In this document: positions 1 through 9,449 of the stretch, piece by piece
How the letters are laid out: the number at the start of each line of letters is the position of its first letter
Position numbering within the stretch: the first letter of the stretch is position 1
Notes under the pieces: model-generated
Databases searched by the model: none
Told to the model about the DNA's origin: nothing
Seen by the model: only the letters and a program-made list of their open reading frames with translations
DNA from: a virus
Length of the DNA stretch: 64,000 bases
IMG/VR virus record: IMGVR_UViG_3300045988_119573
Location: 82,089-146,088 of that record
Reading direction: 5' to 3' (one strand)
Position numbers and translations under genes: made by a program

Positions 1-265
1 AATAGGTAATCCGCATATTGCAAATTTACTACTTACATTCAGCGGATTGAAAGTCTTGTTTTTATTTTCTGTCATTTAAACCTTATATTTACAAGGCAGC
101 GCACTGCGTTTTACCTAGGATTACTTGATAAAACCTTTCTTATGTATTTGTTTTGTATTGTTTTACCTACAAAAATTAAAACGTAGACAAAAACAAAATT
201 TTAAAGTCATCATATGGAAGAAATAAGACATGTCTAATCTATAGATATTTCTCCTCGAATAGTCA

Positions 266-293
266 TCAGAAATGTAACTAGAAATGTTACATT
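266..293 (-). terminator. Putative rho-independent terminator after the DUF1653 gene
   Basis: Minus-strand hairpin TGTAAC-ATTTCTA-GTTACA followed by a TTTCTG run, immediately 3' of the stop at 295. Confidence 0.4.
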
Positions 294-294
294 A

Positions 295-612
295 TTATTT
301 ATAATGGCATGTTAGAATGCCAAGTTCTTCGGTGTCAACTACCATATCGTCTGGTCTAATGATTCTGCATGGCTTGTCACCTACTCTCTTAAATCTGTAT
401 TTCTGTTCTACATCAGGGTATTTCTCGTGATCAACTTCACTCAGAAACATTTCTACTGGTCTGGCATAAATGTTAAAATCTCCATACATTGCCTGATAAA
501 TTACCAGTTTCTCATTTGTTTCTGTATGAGTCGCAAGGTCAATCACTTTATAGAAATGTCCTTTAAAGTGTTTGTAGATTTCATCTTTCTTTGGTAAATC
601 TCTGTTATTCAT
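295..612 (-). CDS. DUF1653-family small protein
   Basis: [34 protein letters not shown]...[10 protein letters not shown] matches the DUF1653 signature (HYKGGLYEV...ELVVYRSLYG...RPL..F). Confidence 0.6.
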   Translation of the reverse strand: MNNRDLPKKDEIYKHFKGHFYKVIDLATHTETNEKLVIYQAMYGDFNIYARPVEMFLSEVDHEKYPDVEQKYRFKRVGDKPCRIIRPDDMVVDTEELGILTCHYK

Positions 613-997
613 TAATGACTCCTATCTTTGGCATATGTCCTAATGTGACACCAGCAATAACCGTGTCCCCTGTTTGAGTATAAGAACTAAAATTAATACG
701 TCCGTTAAATTTGCAAATATTTCCCTTTTTAAGTTGATCCCTAGACTCTTTGTAAAAAGCGACAAGATCTTCTCTGCTGACGCCAAGCGCTGAAATTACA
801 AAGTTAAGCAATTCGTAATCTTCAAAATCTTCTCCTCGACAAAAATTACAGCTAGATCCAAAATTTTCTTTCTCATATCCATCTAATTCTGCACAGGTTT
901 CACTACACCATTTAGCTCCGCAGTCACACCAATTGCTACCGTGATAATCGAAAAACACCTTATCGCAATGGTCACACACTAATGGAATATTGCTCAT
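605..997 (-). CDS. Cys-rich hypothetical protein (putative zinc-binding)
   Basis: ORF with multiple CxxC/C-x-C motifs; 8-nt overlap with the downstream gene. Confidence 0.5.
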   Translation of the reverse strand: MSNIPLVCDHCDKVFFDYHGSNWCDCGAKWCSETCAELDGYEKENFGSSCNFCRGEDFEDYELLNFVISALGVSREDLVAFYKESRDQLKKGNICKFNGRINFSSYTQTGDTVIAGVTLGHMPKIGVINE

Positions 998-999
998 AT

Positions 1000-1329
1000 C
1001 TACTTACTCTCCTGTTCTTTATCTTCTTTTACAAGAATTGCTTTCCAAGTTCTACTATTGCATGAAGATGCTGAAATTTCGTAACCATCGTTTAGATAAT
1101 TGTCTACACAATTTTTGAACTTTTCAGAATTTGCCTCTTCTACAACTACACATCGGCTACCATCAACTACATGATTGATATTTTCCTGCACAATTTTTTT
1201 TAAAATATTAACTTGATGTAATAAATCATAAGTTGGAATTGATGTGATGTTATTAATGCTTTTATAGCTCATGCAAACGCTTAGTGTACCAATAACTTCT
1301 CTTATATCATCTAAGGTTTCTTTTGTCAT
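1000..1329 (-). CDS. Hypothetical protein (start revised to MTKETLDD...)
   Basis: Track ORF 1000..1566 overlaps the upstream gene by 220 nt. The internal ATG at 1329 has a strong RBS (GAAAGGAGATAGGT ATG) and lies 13 nt after the upstream stop. Confidence 0.5.
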   Translation of the reverse strand: MTKETLDDIREVIGTLSVCMSYKSINNITSIPTYDLLHQVNILKKIVQENINHVVDGSRCVVVEEANSEKFKNCVDNYLNDGYEISASSCNSRTWKAILVKEDKEQESK

Positions 1330-1342
1330 ACCTATCTCCTTT

Positions 1343-1705
1343 CTAAATTGTCTCCCACCATAGATCGTGTATTTTCTTATAACCACCTCTGCTTGGTACA
1401 TCCAACACTCTGCGGACTTTCCTGTTAGACAGTTTCTTATGAAATCTATAATCATTCCAAGAGCTGATATATAACCTTTTATAATAAGGTTTCTTGCGTG
1501 GTATTTCATAAAATCCACAACAATACTTGTCCACGTATTGCACAGGTTCAGGATACCCACCAACATTCTTAAATCTCGTCAACCTTTGTTGGTATTTCTT
1601 CCTACGATTTCTTTTCTTCAACATTGTCTGGTGATTCTGTTGAAATTTCGTAGGAACATATTGTAGAAAGTCCATATCCTGTGGACAATCTTTTGATTTT
1701 GGCAT
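1343..1705 (-). CDS. Hypothetical basic protein (start revised to MPKSKDCPQ...)
   Basis: ATG at 1705 preceded by GAAAGGAGTGTACTAATT; K/R-rich product. Confidence 0.5.
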   Translation of the reverse strand: MPKSKDCPQDMDFLQYVPTKFQQNHQTMLKKRNRRKKYQQRLTRFKNVGGYPEPVQYVDKYCCGFYEIPRKKPYYKRLYISSWNDYRFHKKLSNRKVRRVLDVPSRGGYKKIHDLWWETI

Positions 1706-1833
1706 AATTAGTACACTCCTTTCTATGATGGGATAAAAGTGGAATTTTATTGCTATATTTAATGTGAAAAATCCCTTATATTTCAACGATTTTCTTATGT
1801 TTATTTTAATAATTTTGACAAAAGTGTTTTATT

Positions 1834-2427
1834 TCACTCATTTTCATCGTGTTCTTCTGTCATGGACAGATTATCCGAAGTGCCTTTCCATAAGACCACA
1901 ACATTTCTTTCTAATGATTTTTGTACATCAACCACTCTCTGATTTGTTGATCCTGCCCACGGATAAGACATGTCTTTCAATTCGTCTACATACTGTCCGT
2001 CTACGAGGACATCTATGTAAGGAAGAATCTCAAGTCTGCAATCGTACATAAGATGGCTTGTTCTACGTCTTCGAGAGAACTCAGCTAAGTCCAAACCAAT
2101 ATCTTCTGCTTTATTCCCTGTATATAGCCAGATTTTTTTGTCTGGCATAAACTCTTTGACAAATTTACATATTGCAGAAACACCATCTCTATTCTCTTTT
2201 GCCAACGGTTCTCCACCAAGAATACTTAATCTTGTATATTGCGGATTAGTTAGTGGGCGTAACAATTCCAACACATCCCACGTTGTTAATTCTTTACCAC
2301 CATCAAAATCCCATGTTTCTTTATTAAAACAATTCTTACAATGGAAGTGACATCCTTGAACGAAGAGGGCTACGCCAAGCCCTTCTCCGTTGCTAATGTC
2401 CATTTTTCTTATTGAAGCATATCTCAA
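1834..2427 (-). CDS. nrdG: Anaerobic ribonucleotide reductase activating protein (radical SAM)
   Basis: CHFHCKNC (CxxxCxxC) cluster near the N-terminus; ~197 aa; start overlaps the nrdD stop. Confidence 0.85.
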   Translation of the reverse strand: MRYASIRKMDISNGEGLGVALFVQGCHFHCKNCFNKETWDFDGGKELTTWDVLELLRPLTNPQYTRLSILGGEPLAKENRDGVSAICKFVKEFMPDKKIWLYTGNKAEDIGLDLAEFSRRRRTSHLMYDCRLEILPYIDVLVDGQYVDELKDMSYPWAGSTNQRVVDVQKSLERNVVVLWKGTSDNLSMTEEHDENE

Positions 2428-2429
2428 AA

Positions 2430-3420
2430 CTATTCCTCCATACTATGATCATCTACATGAACATATCTGCTCTTAATCTCTGCCGTACGTCCTTGATTCC
2501 AGAACTGGGTGCCGACGTATCCACATGATCGTCTGGCAACATTCATCGTATTCTGATCTCTGTTACCACAATTTGGACATTCCCAGATTAATTCCCCATC
2601 AACATCAAGAATGCTAATTTCTCCATCATAACCACATTTCTGACAGTAATCACTCTTTGTATTTAACTCTGCATACATGATATGATCATAAATAAATTTC
2701 ATAATCTCAAGAACAATATCTGTATTCTTTGTCAAGTCTGCACATTCTACATAACTAATTGCACCGCCTGGACTTAATTCTTGAAATTTGCTTTCAATAT
2801 CAAGTTTTGTGAAAGGATCAATCTTTTCAAATACTGGGATATGATATGAATTTGTAATGTAATCACGATCCGTAATTCCTTCTACAATACCAAATCTTTT
2901 CTTTAAGCATTTTGCAAATTTATATGTAGTTGACTCGATTGGAGAGCCATACACACTGTATGCTAATCCTTCAGAATCTTTCCATTCATTACACTTATCG
3001 TTTAATCTCTGCATAACTTTTAAACCAAATTCCTGTTGAATAGAATGAGATTCGCCAGTCATGTATTTTACACATTCATATAACCCTGCATACCCAAGAG
3101 AAATCGTTGCATAACCATTTTCTAATAGCTTGTCAATTTTTTCTCCTTTCTTAAGTCTTGCAAAGCATCCATGCTGCCACAAAATAGGTGCAACATCAGA
3201 AGATGTCCCTTTTAATCTCTTGTACCTACATTTTAATGCCTTGTGACATAACTCTAATCTTTCATCTAAAATCTTCCAAAACGCTTCCTTGTCTTTCCCA
3301 GAAGACAAAGCTACATCTGGAAGATTGATTGTTACAACCCCCATATTGTATCTTCCGTAATATTTAGGTTTACCATTTTCATCTAAATATGGAGTTAAAA
3401 ATGATCTACACATGTTTATG
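2430..3420 (-). CDS. nrdD: Anaerobic ribonucleoside-triphosphate reductase, exon 3 (C-terminal part)
   Basis: CRSFLTPY..., NMGVVTINLPDVAL, C-terminal Zn ribbon CQKCGY...CPNCG and glycyl-radical motif RRSCGYVGT. No plausible start/RBS: the frame stays open upstream of the first Met. 5' boundary approximate. Confidence 0.8.
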
Positions 3421-3652
3421 ATATGTCGCCATACCCACTGACTAAATTATCTCTCAGAGTCCGTTACTCTCATCATTGAGCCGACCGCTTGGGGTAGGTG
3501 CTTATCTCCTACTCTACGCTGTTACACTCATCACAGCTAGTCGATACACCTTCTTATACAACTATATAAGCTTGGCACGGAATTATCTTAGGTCATCAGA
3601 TGTCTCCTCTCTAAGACTCACCCGTTAGCAATGTTAAACATTACACCCTTTA
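3421..3652 (-). ncRNA. Group I self-splicing intron 1 in nrdD (ORF-less, ~230 nt)
   Basis: Stops in all frames between two nrdD-homologous ORFs; GC-richer than flanks. Minus strand shows R-like GTATCGACTAGC and S-like GAGAGATAATTTAGTCAGTGGG (GACUA/UAGUC P7 pairing). Boundaries approximate. Confidence 0.6.
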
Positions 3653-4021
3653 AGCAAGGTTCAATCGGTTTATCCTGGGCTGTAGTTTACGCTTACCCAT
3701 GCACGGAAAACAGTTTCCATTTCCATTCGCATCAATCTTATTCTTTTTCATAATCTTTTCAGAAATGTAATCTGGAACCATTCTTTTAGCAGTACATTCT
3801 GCTGCTAATTTTGTTAAATACCAATACTCAGAATCCTCACGAATATTATCTTCTTCTAATACATACAGCAATTTAGGGAATGCGGGTGTAATGTAAACAC
3901 CGACTTCATTCTTTAATCCTTTAATTCTCTGCCGTAAGAACTCTTCAATCAGTAATGCTAATTCTTCTTTGTACTCTGTTGTTTCGTTCAAGTACATACA
4001 AACACTGAGAAATGGAGCTTG
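3653..4021 (-). CDS. nrdD: Anaerobic ribonucleoside-triphosphate reductase, exon 2
   Basis: (GQ)APFLSVCMYLNETT...NGNGNCFPCMGKRK is a middle NrdD segment. Frame open from 4021 (CAA) with no start codon; an in-frame TGA lies just upstream. Confidence 0.75.
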
Positions 4022-4430
4022 CACTGCTCCGAGTCAGACTATATCTTTACCCTCGTTATACGTTAGGTGAGAATATATAATTCTCAAAAGTAACTATATT
4101 ACTTTGTAGATGGCACTTCCCTACAATGAATTCCACATTATAGGTACAGATTTCATAGGCATATATTATTACTTAGCCTGTATATCTTAGTCGTTTGACC
4201 TTTATAAAAATTTCTCTTTATCCTTGGCACTGGATTGCTCTTATCCGTCCCAATGTTTGCAAATTATATATAGTATGATCAACTCTTTTGCTCGAAAGCA
4301 CCGATAAGAGTTCCCCAGTTAGCATAACTTCTATCACCATTTCCTATGATCCTAACCGTAAGTTATACACCCTAGATTTCTAGGTTCACCATCTGTTCAC
4401 TAACATATTTCTATGTTAGGCAGCCATTTG
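4022..4430 (-). ncRNA. Group I self-splicing intron 2 in nrdD (ORF-less, ~409 nt)
   Basis: Minus strand carries R element GGTCAAACGACTAAGATA and S element AAGATATAGTCTGACTCGGAGCAGTG at the 3' end (consensus R GUUCAACGACUA, S AAGAUAUAGUC). Exon 1 ends ...AACGGU, intron ends ...CAGUG, and the join gives in-frame ...NTNGQ|APFLSV... Confidence 0.75.
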
Positions 4431-5288
4431 ACCGTTTGTGTTGGTCATACTATTTACTTGATAGTTGAATGTCTGAACACTATCTTCGATTTCTTTCTTT
4501 AAATCTTCCTTAGCGTATTTTTCAACTAAATCTTCTGTAAAGCCACGTTTTCTATATTTATCAACATAAATATTATAACTATCTCTTACAAATGGGGCTA
4601 AATGTGTTAATGTAATTGTTGCACCGCCATATGTAGAAGATGTAACTGCTGTAACAATCTGCGTTGCAATTGTTGTTGCCGTGATTAATCTATGGGGTTT
4701 TTCAATCATTACCTCATTAACAACTGTGCCATTCTGTAGCATATCTTCAAGATTAATTAACTCGCAATTTGTAAGTGCTTTCTGCCCAAAATAATCCACA
4801 TCATGGAAATGCAAGATACCTGTATCATGAGCCTGTACGATTTCTGGTGGGAGTAAATATCTGCGAGTCATATCTTTGCACACAATACCTGCCATATAAT
4901 CTCTCTGTGTTGTTACAAGTTTTTCATTTTTATTAGAATTTTCAGTATTCCAATATTTACTGTCTCCACTAAGAAGATCTGAAATTTCTGCATCAATAGT
5001 ATTTTCATTCTCTCTCTGAAACTCTCGAACACTGCGATAACCTTCATATGCTTTTGCAGTTAATTCCTGCCCTTTCTCAACAAGCTTTTTGAATACCATT
5101 GCTTCAATTGTAGAAATGTCAATTTCTTCTGGTAATTTACTGCAATCATTTTCGATTTCTCTTGCAATCTGTTTTGCAATATTTTCCTTAATTAATCCAG
5201 ATCCATTTTTCATTGCTTTCATAATCGCTGTGTAAATTTTGGTCTTGTCGAAATCTACAACAGTACAATCTCTTTTAATTACTTTCAA
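4431..5288 (-). CDS. nrdD: Anaerobic ribonucleoside-triphosphate reductase, exon 1 (N-terminal ATP-cone part)
   Basis: MKVIKRDCTVVDFDKTKIYTAI (ATP cone); the track ORF runs 4 codons into the intron before a TAA. Confidence 0.8.
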
Positions 5289-5322
5289 TAAAAGACCTCC
5301 AATAAATTATGTAATAATATCA

Positions 5323-5523
5323 TCATCTATATGTAACGCACCCGTCTCCTGCTTTCTTGCAGTTCAACGTATATCGTGCATCGTTACCATCACCATCAAT
5401 CTTTTTGGTTGATACGCTCTCAATTATCATGGTTTTACCTGTTTCTACATCTTTCACAAGTACCTCTTTTTCTATATGTAGTTTAGAAACTAAATTTCTA
5501 AGCTGATTAATTGTTCTGATCAA
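5323..5523 (-). CDS. Hypothetical small protein
   Basis: 66-aa ORF between nrdD and the kinase gene, overlapping the kinase ORF by 17 nt. Confidence 0.35.
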   Translation of the reverse strand: MIRTINQLRNLVSKLHIEKEVLVKDVETGKTMIIESVSTKKIDGDGNDARYTLNCKKAGDGCVTYR

Positions 5524-6097
5524 CTTCCTTTGTTGTCGCTCCTTCCGTGTCTCTAATCTGTCTTTTGAATCTCTCTAATTCAGCCATAATATTTAAACAA
5601 GTCATAGACAAACTTCCTTCATTATTAATAACTGCGTCGCATAAATCATAAGCTTCTTCAAAAGCAGATTCGTCTTTTTTCATTCTTTCATCAATTGCAT
5701 CACTTGTATCTCCACGATCTTTCATTCTCTGAATACGTGTAGAACTTGGTGTATCAATACATAATGCCAAGATATGTTTCTTATGATAATTTTCTTTTAA
5801 CTGTTTTAATCCTGGAACATCAACTACATATACGTCTGCATCATCACACTGACTTTCTGTAGCACAGTACCAATTGCCAGTGTAATGATTCTCTGCAACC
5901 TTGCCTGTAATTCTTGAATACTGGGCTAGATTTACATATGTATGATCATCAAGCTTATCTGTTCGCTTCTCTCTAGTGGTATATGATCGTAGATATTTCA
6001 GACCATAAATGTCTTCCAGATACTTCGCTGAGACACTTTTGCCTGCTCCAGATCGCCCCACCAGAGCGATTAAAACATTACTTTTATCTCCTACCAT
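5507..6097 (-). CDS. P-loop nucleoside monophosphate kinase (guanylate-kinase-like / dNMP kinase)
   Basis: Walker A LIALVGRSGAGKSVSAKYL and SYTTREKR...D..Y resembling the GMP-kinase S-x-TTR motif; sits in the nucleotide-metabolism module. Confidence 0.5.
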   Translation of the reverse strand: MVGDKSNVLIALVGRSGAGKSVSAKYLEDIYGLKYLRSYTTREKRTDKLDDHTYVNLAQYSRITGKVAENHYTGNWYCATESQCDDADVYVVDVPGLKQLKENYHKKHILALCIDTPSSTRIQRMKDRGDTSDAIDERMKKDESAFEEAYDLCDAVINNEGSLSMTCLNIMAELERFKRQIRDTEGATTKEVDQNN

Positions 6098-6099
6098 CT

Positions 6100-6230
6100 C
6101 TATAAGTCCTTTTCTAATTTCTTGATTCTTCTATTGATTTTTGTTACGATTTTGCCGTTATCTTTGCCTCTAGCGATTAAGACGGCTTTTCTATCCTTTA
6201 ATAAATTTAACTGATCTAATTTTGTCATAT
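6100..6230 (-). CDS. Putative small ORF (43 aa, MTKLDQLNLLKDRKAVLIARGKDNGK...)
   Basis: ATG with an AGGAG RBS about 11 nt upstream; TAG stop 2 nt before the kinase ATG; below the track's size cutoff. Confidence 0.25.
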
Positions 6231-6255
6231 ACTCATTTTCTCCTTAGGCTATATT

Positions 6256-6816
6256 TTAGTTTTCAGTTGCTGTTTCTGACGATTCCTCTACGACCTCAGC
6301 AGAATCATCATCTACATATTCAATATCTTCTTCTTTTACTTTTGTTGCAGGGTCGAGTCTTTCATAATCCTCTTCTGTGGCTGGCTCTGTTTTAACAGTT
6401 CCACATTTTTCGCAATAAGTTGTCCAATGATATCCATTCTCTTCATCATATGCAATTGTTTTTTCTGCCCACACATGATCACAGGTTTCATCTGCGTCAT
6501 CTGGGTATTCTGGTTCTGTATAATCTGCATCGTCTGTATCGTCTGCGGTAGAATTTTCAGTATTTTTTTCTTCTTCTGTTGTTGTCGATACATCATTTGT
6601 TGTATCTTTAGAATCTTCTTTGACGGCATTTTTCTTATTATTTTTCTGCTCTGTTGTGTTCTTTGTAGTTTCTGTAGTTGACTTACCTTCTGTTGTTGCA
6701 GAAACCTGTTTATCAGTGTTATTATTTAGTGTATCTGCATAAATAGTATATGCTGAAACGCATCCTACTGCTGTTAACATTAATGCTCCAGCGATTAATA
6801 ATTTTTTAATTCTCAT
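6256..6816 (-). CDS. Acidic Thr/Glu-rich lipoprotein (secreted)
   Basis: Signal peptide MRIKKLLIAGALMLTAVGC with an AVGC lipobox, followed by a low-complexity acidic region. Confidence 0.55.
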   Translation of the reverse strand: MRIKKLLIAGALMLTAVGCVSAYTIYADTLNNNTDKQVSATTEGKSTTETTKNTTEQKNNKKNAVKEDSKDTTNDVSTTTEEEKNTENSTADDTDDADYTEPEYPDDADETCDHVWAEKTIAYDEENGYHWTTYCEKCGTVKTEPATEEDYERLDPATKVKEEDIEYVDDDSAEVVEESSETATEN

Positions 6817-6838
6817 AATATATTCTCCTTTTAATCTA

Positions 6839-7048
6839 TCAATCCATGAACGATGTCACCACATAGAAGGCGATCGCCATTAATACAATTGTTACAATTA
6901 CTACTACTCCAATTGGTATTACAATATTTGTTATTATCCAAAACGCAAATACAAATACACCAACAGATATGAATGTTGCAAGAAACCAGATAATGGTCAG
7001 TACGATCATCGCCAAGAAAAATTTTAAGATTTTCTTTATGATATTCAA
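6839..7048 (-). CDS. Small membrane protein (2 TM helices)
   Basis: Hydrophobic 69-aa ORF; preferred over the overlapping 6831..7052 frame. Confidence 0.4.
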   Translation of the reverse strand: MNIIKKILKFFLAMIVLTIIWFLATFISVGVFVFAFWIITNIVIPIGVVVIVTIVLMAIAFYVVTSFMD

Positions 7049-7057
7049 TCACCTACC

Positions 7058-7897
7058 TTATGGCATTTCATTGTAAATTTTGCTAACATCATCTAATAAT
7101 TCTTTTGGCAAATATCTTTCTAAAAGCTCATTCGAATTATCAAGTGTTTTCTTATAGAAATCTTCTGCGATACCACCGCCAATAGCAGCAATCGTATCTG
7201 TGTCACATGGCAAAGACAATACATTTCTTAAGAATGATTCATAATCTTCGCTCTCTAAGAAACATCTGATTGCCACAGGAACACTATCTTGAACTGTCGC
7301 AGACCAAACATAATTCTTTCTATAATCATCGAGTGGTCGATCAACACCATATGTATATTGACTGGATGGATAACTTTTTAATGCATATTGATAAATTTCT
7401 TCTTTTGATTTACCCCATAGCGCCATAAAAGAACAGCCTGTTACAATCGATGCACCTTTGTAAGATTCTGAGTGGCGATGCGTTTTCTCACATGTCCATT
7501 GTGCTAAATCTATGTAATAACTCAATACGTCTGGACGATCAGCAAACCCATTAAAATACATTGTGATAGGCGAAATTCTCATGGCACATCCATTACCAAA
7601 GCTTTCATTAACACGACTACCATCATCGTGTAACCAGTCTTCGAACATTGCGCCATATCCCGTACCAGGATATTTCTTGCCATATTCTAAGTAGAACTCC
7701 CAAGGCTCTTTGATATGTTTGTGTTCATCGTCATCATCCAACAGCCACATTCCTGTTGCAATACTGAGAACTGTATCATCTGTAAATTTACATTTATCTG
7801 TAAACAATTCACAGTTCTTCCAATCTAAATCGTGAGGTCTGCGGAACTCATATTGAGAACCGCAAATATCTCCTAGAATCGCTCCAATTAAAGCCAT
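7058..7897 (-). CDS. ADP-ribosylglycohydrolase (ARH/DraG family)
   Basis: N-terminal GAILGDICGSQYEF and C-terminal DTDTIAAIGGGIAE, both signature metal-binding motifs of ADP-ribosyl-[protein/DNA] glycohydrolases. Confidence 0.8.
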   Translation of the reverse strand: MALIGAILGDICGSQYEFRRPHDLDWKNCELFTDKCKFTDDTVLSIATGMWLLDDDDEHKHIKEPWEFYLEYGKKYPGTGYGAMFEDWLHDDGSRVNESFGNGCAMRISPITMYFNGFADRPDVLSYYIDLAQWTCEKTHRHSESYKGASIVTGCSFMALWGKSKEEIYQYALKSYPSSQYTYGVDRPLDDYRKNYVWSATVQDSVPVAIRCFLESEDYESFLRNVLSLPCDTDTIAAIGGGIAEDFYKKTLDNSNELLERYLPKELLDDVSKIYNEMP

Positions 7898-7905
7898 TTA
7901 ATCAC

Positions 7906-8133
7906 CTACCTGTTAAAGATGTTTTCTAAAATTGTAAGAATTAGTGCGATAATCCATTTTGTTTTCGTTGGAACAATTAGCGGATTTACCGCAACAAAAT
8001 GTAACAACCAAATAAACAGATTTACAATTGCAAAGTTGACAGCAATTACGACCATTAATCCTAAGATTGTTCCTAAGATTGTTCCTGCATGATATTTGTC
8101 TTCAACAAATAGTAAAGTTAATAATTTCTTCAT
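7906..8133 (-). CDS. Small membrane protein
   Basis: 75-aa ORF with two predicted TM segments. Confidence 0.4.
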   Translation of the reverse strand: MKKLLTLLFVEDKYHAGTILGTILGLMVVIAVNFAIVNLFIWLLHFVAVNPLIVPTKTKWIIALILTILENIFNR

Positions 8134-8165
8134 CTGTTATTCCTTTCATCAAAGATTAATTTTAT

Positions 8166-8429
8166 CTATTCTACAATCATCCAGTCTTCAGCCAACATAT
8201 CTGTCTGACTTGCAAGCCAAGGAACTACGTTACCCTGTGCTGTTTTCATTGCAATATAAGCACCATATTCGACTAATCCGTCTTTGTTTACAATGCTTTT
8301 AGCAATATCTGTGCATGGCGCATAAGCGCCTGCTGGAACATAATATAAAAACATACCTTTCCCATTCCAACCTTTTCTTGCAACTTTTCTTTTATCTTTC
8401 ATTGCATCAATTGCTGTTCCAAAATCCAT
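8166..8429 (-). CDS. DUF2829-family protein, Tad2-like (candidate Thoeris/cyclic-nucleotide signal sponge)
   Basis: RKGWNGKGMFLYY and PWLASQTDMLAEDWMIVE match the DUF2829 signature; 87 aa, the typical size. Confidence 0.6.
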   Translation of the reverse strand: MDFGTAIDAMKDKRKVARKGWNGKGMFLYYVPAGAYAPCTDIAKSIVNKDGLVEYGAYIAMKTAQGNVVPWLASQTDMLAEDWMIVE

Positions 8430-8442
8430 AATAAATCCTCCT

Positions 8443-8706
8443 TTATTCTTTATTGTATGTGTATTTTACATAACTCCCTTTGCAGCTTACATTCGCCAAA
8501 TCTTTTGACTTCCTCTGTTCTTCTTCTTTTCTAATTTTTTCCAAAAGATAATCTGTTTTATCACTACATATTTTCTTATCTTCTCTAGTACACTTACCGT
8601 AAATATCACATTTTGTACATTTCGTCGCTATAAACTTAAATGCCTGCTGTCGATTAAAGTTTGTAACATCAATAAGTTTACCTATCATACTTTTCACTCC
8701 AACCAA
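8443..8706 (-). CDS. Cys-rich hypothetical protein
   Basis: 87-aa ORF with several Cys/CxxC-like motifs. Confidence 0.4.
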   Translation of the reverse strand: MVGVKSMIGKLIDVTNFNRQQAFKFIATKCTKCDIYGKCTREDKKICSDKTDYLLEKIRKEEEQRKSKDLANVSCKGSYVKYTYNKE

Positions 8707-9446
8707 TCATTGTCAATATAATAGAAACTATACGTTAGACCGCCAGTTAAGATAATCCAAAAAATCCAGAATATTGCTTTCAAAACTTCTCCACTCGACT
8801 TATATGACTCAACCGTTTTATGTAAATTTGACTTATTTAAATCACAAGTTGTCATAGTGTTATTTTTTAGTTTTGTGTAAACAGTTCCCTTAACTGGTTT
8901 TGCTTCCATACCATAGTATTCATACCTGACACGAGCAGAATGATAAATTCTTTTTAGGTAATGACTTCCTATGAAATCAATCTTATCTTCCTTGAATTTT
9001 TTGCCTGCAAATTTAATCTGTTTACAAGTCTTACTTTCTCTCCACATGTCATCCCACGAATACCAAACTCTCTTTCTGTAATGGACTTTTCCTTTACTGC
9101 CTTTTACTCTTTCAATTTTTTCATGTCTGCGATACTCTTGTCGGACTTTTCTGACATAATAATACTTGCCGCCAATTTCTTTGTATGTAACTGTGTCTAC
9201 AGGTTCTAACTTCCCATAAACAAAAGCGTTACCTACATTGGTTTCCATACCATATTGAAAAACATCATCATTTTTTATCTTAAGGGCGTGATTGTATTCT
9301 TCATTTTTATCAAGGATGGAATTATCAATATTACTACTGATAACGATTCCAAACACAAGCATGACTGCGATCAATGTTACACTCGCTAAGATTTCCCTTG
9401 GAGTTATCTCATAATTACCAAAATTCAATCCTTTGTGTTGCTTCAT
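8694..9446 (-). CDS. Hypothetical membrane protein
   Basis: N- and C-terminal hydrophobic segments; 250 aa. Confidence 0.45.
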   Translation of the reverse strand: MKQHKGLNFGNYEITPREILASVTLIAVMLVFGIVISSNIDNSILDKNEEYNHALKIKNDDVFQYGMETNVGNAFVYGKLEPVDTVTYKEIGGKYYYVRKVRQEYRRHEKIERVKGSKGKVHYRKRVWYSWDDMWRESKTCKQIKFAGKKFKEDKIDFIGSHYLKRIYHSARVRYEYYGMEAKPVKGTVYTKLKNNTMTTCDLNKSNLHKTVESYKSSGEVLKAIFWIFWIILTGGLTYSFYYIDNDWLE

Positions 9447-9449
9447 ATA

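Noticed and set aside
1-264. Leading 260 bp non-coding region with partial palindromes (TAATCCGC...GCGGATT; GCAGCGCACTGCG)
   Set aside because: Imperfect and short; no confident promoter, terminator or RNA could be assigned beyond the terminator hairpin at 266..293
1343-1786. Track ORFs 1000..1566 and 1343..1786 overlapping by 220 nt
   Set aside because: Not a real overlap. Each has an internal ATG with a strong RBS (1329 and 1705) that removes it; the N-terminal extensions are non-coding read-in
2430-5288. nrdD as a frameshifted pseudogene or sequencing error
   Set aside because: The gaps are 230-410 nt with conserved group I R/S (P7) elements and a clean in-frame splice junction, not single-base frameshifts
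6427-6681. Plus-strand ORFs inside minus-strand genes (6427..6681, 9374..9589, 10073..10646, 13092..13475, 39032..39606, 46740..47324 and others)
   Set aside because: They are low-complexity Phe/Ile/Leu/Ser-rich antisense translations of AT-rich coding DNA, lack an RBS, and are fully embedded in better-supported minus-strand genes
6831-7052. Alternative 73-aa Cys-rich frame overlapping the small membrane protein 6839..7048
   Set aside because: The two-TM hydrophobic frame is more protein-like; only one of the two can be real
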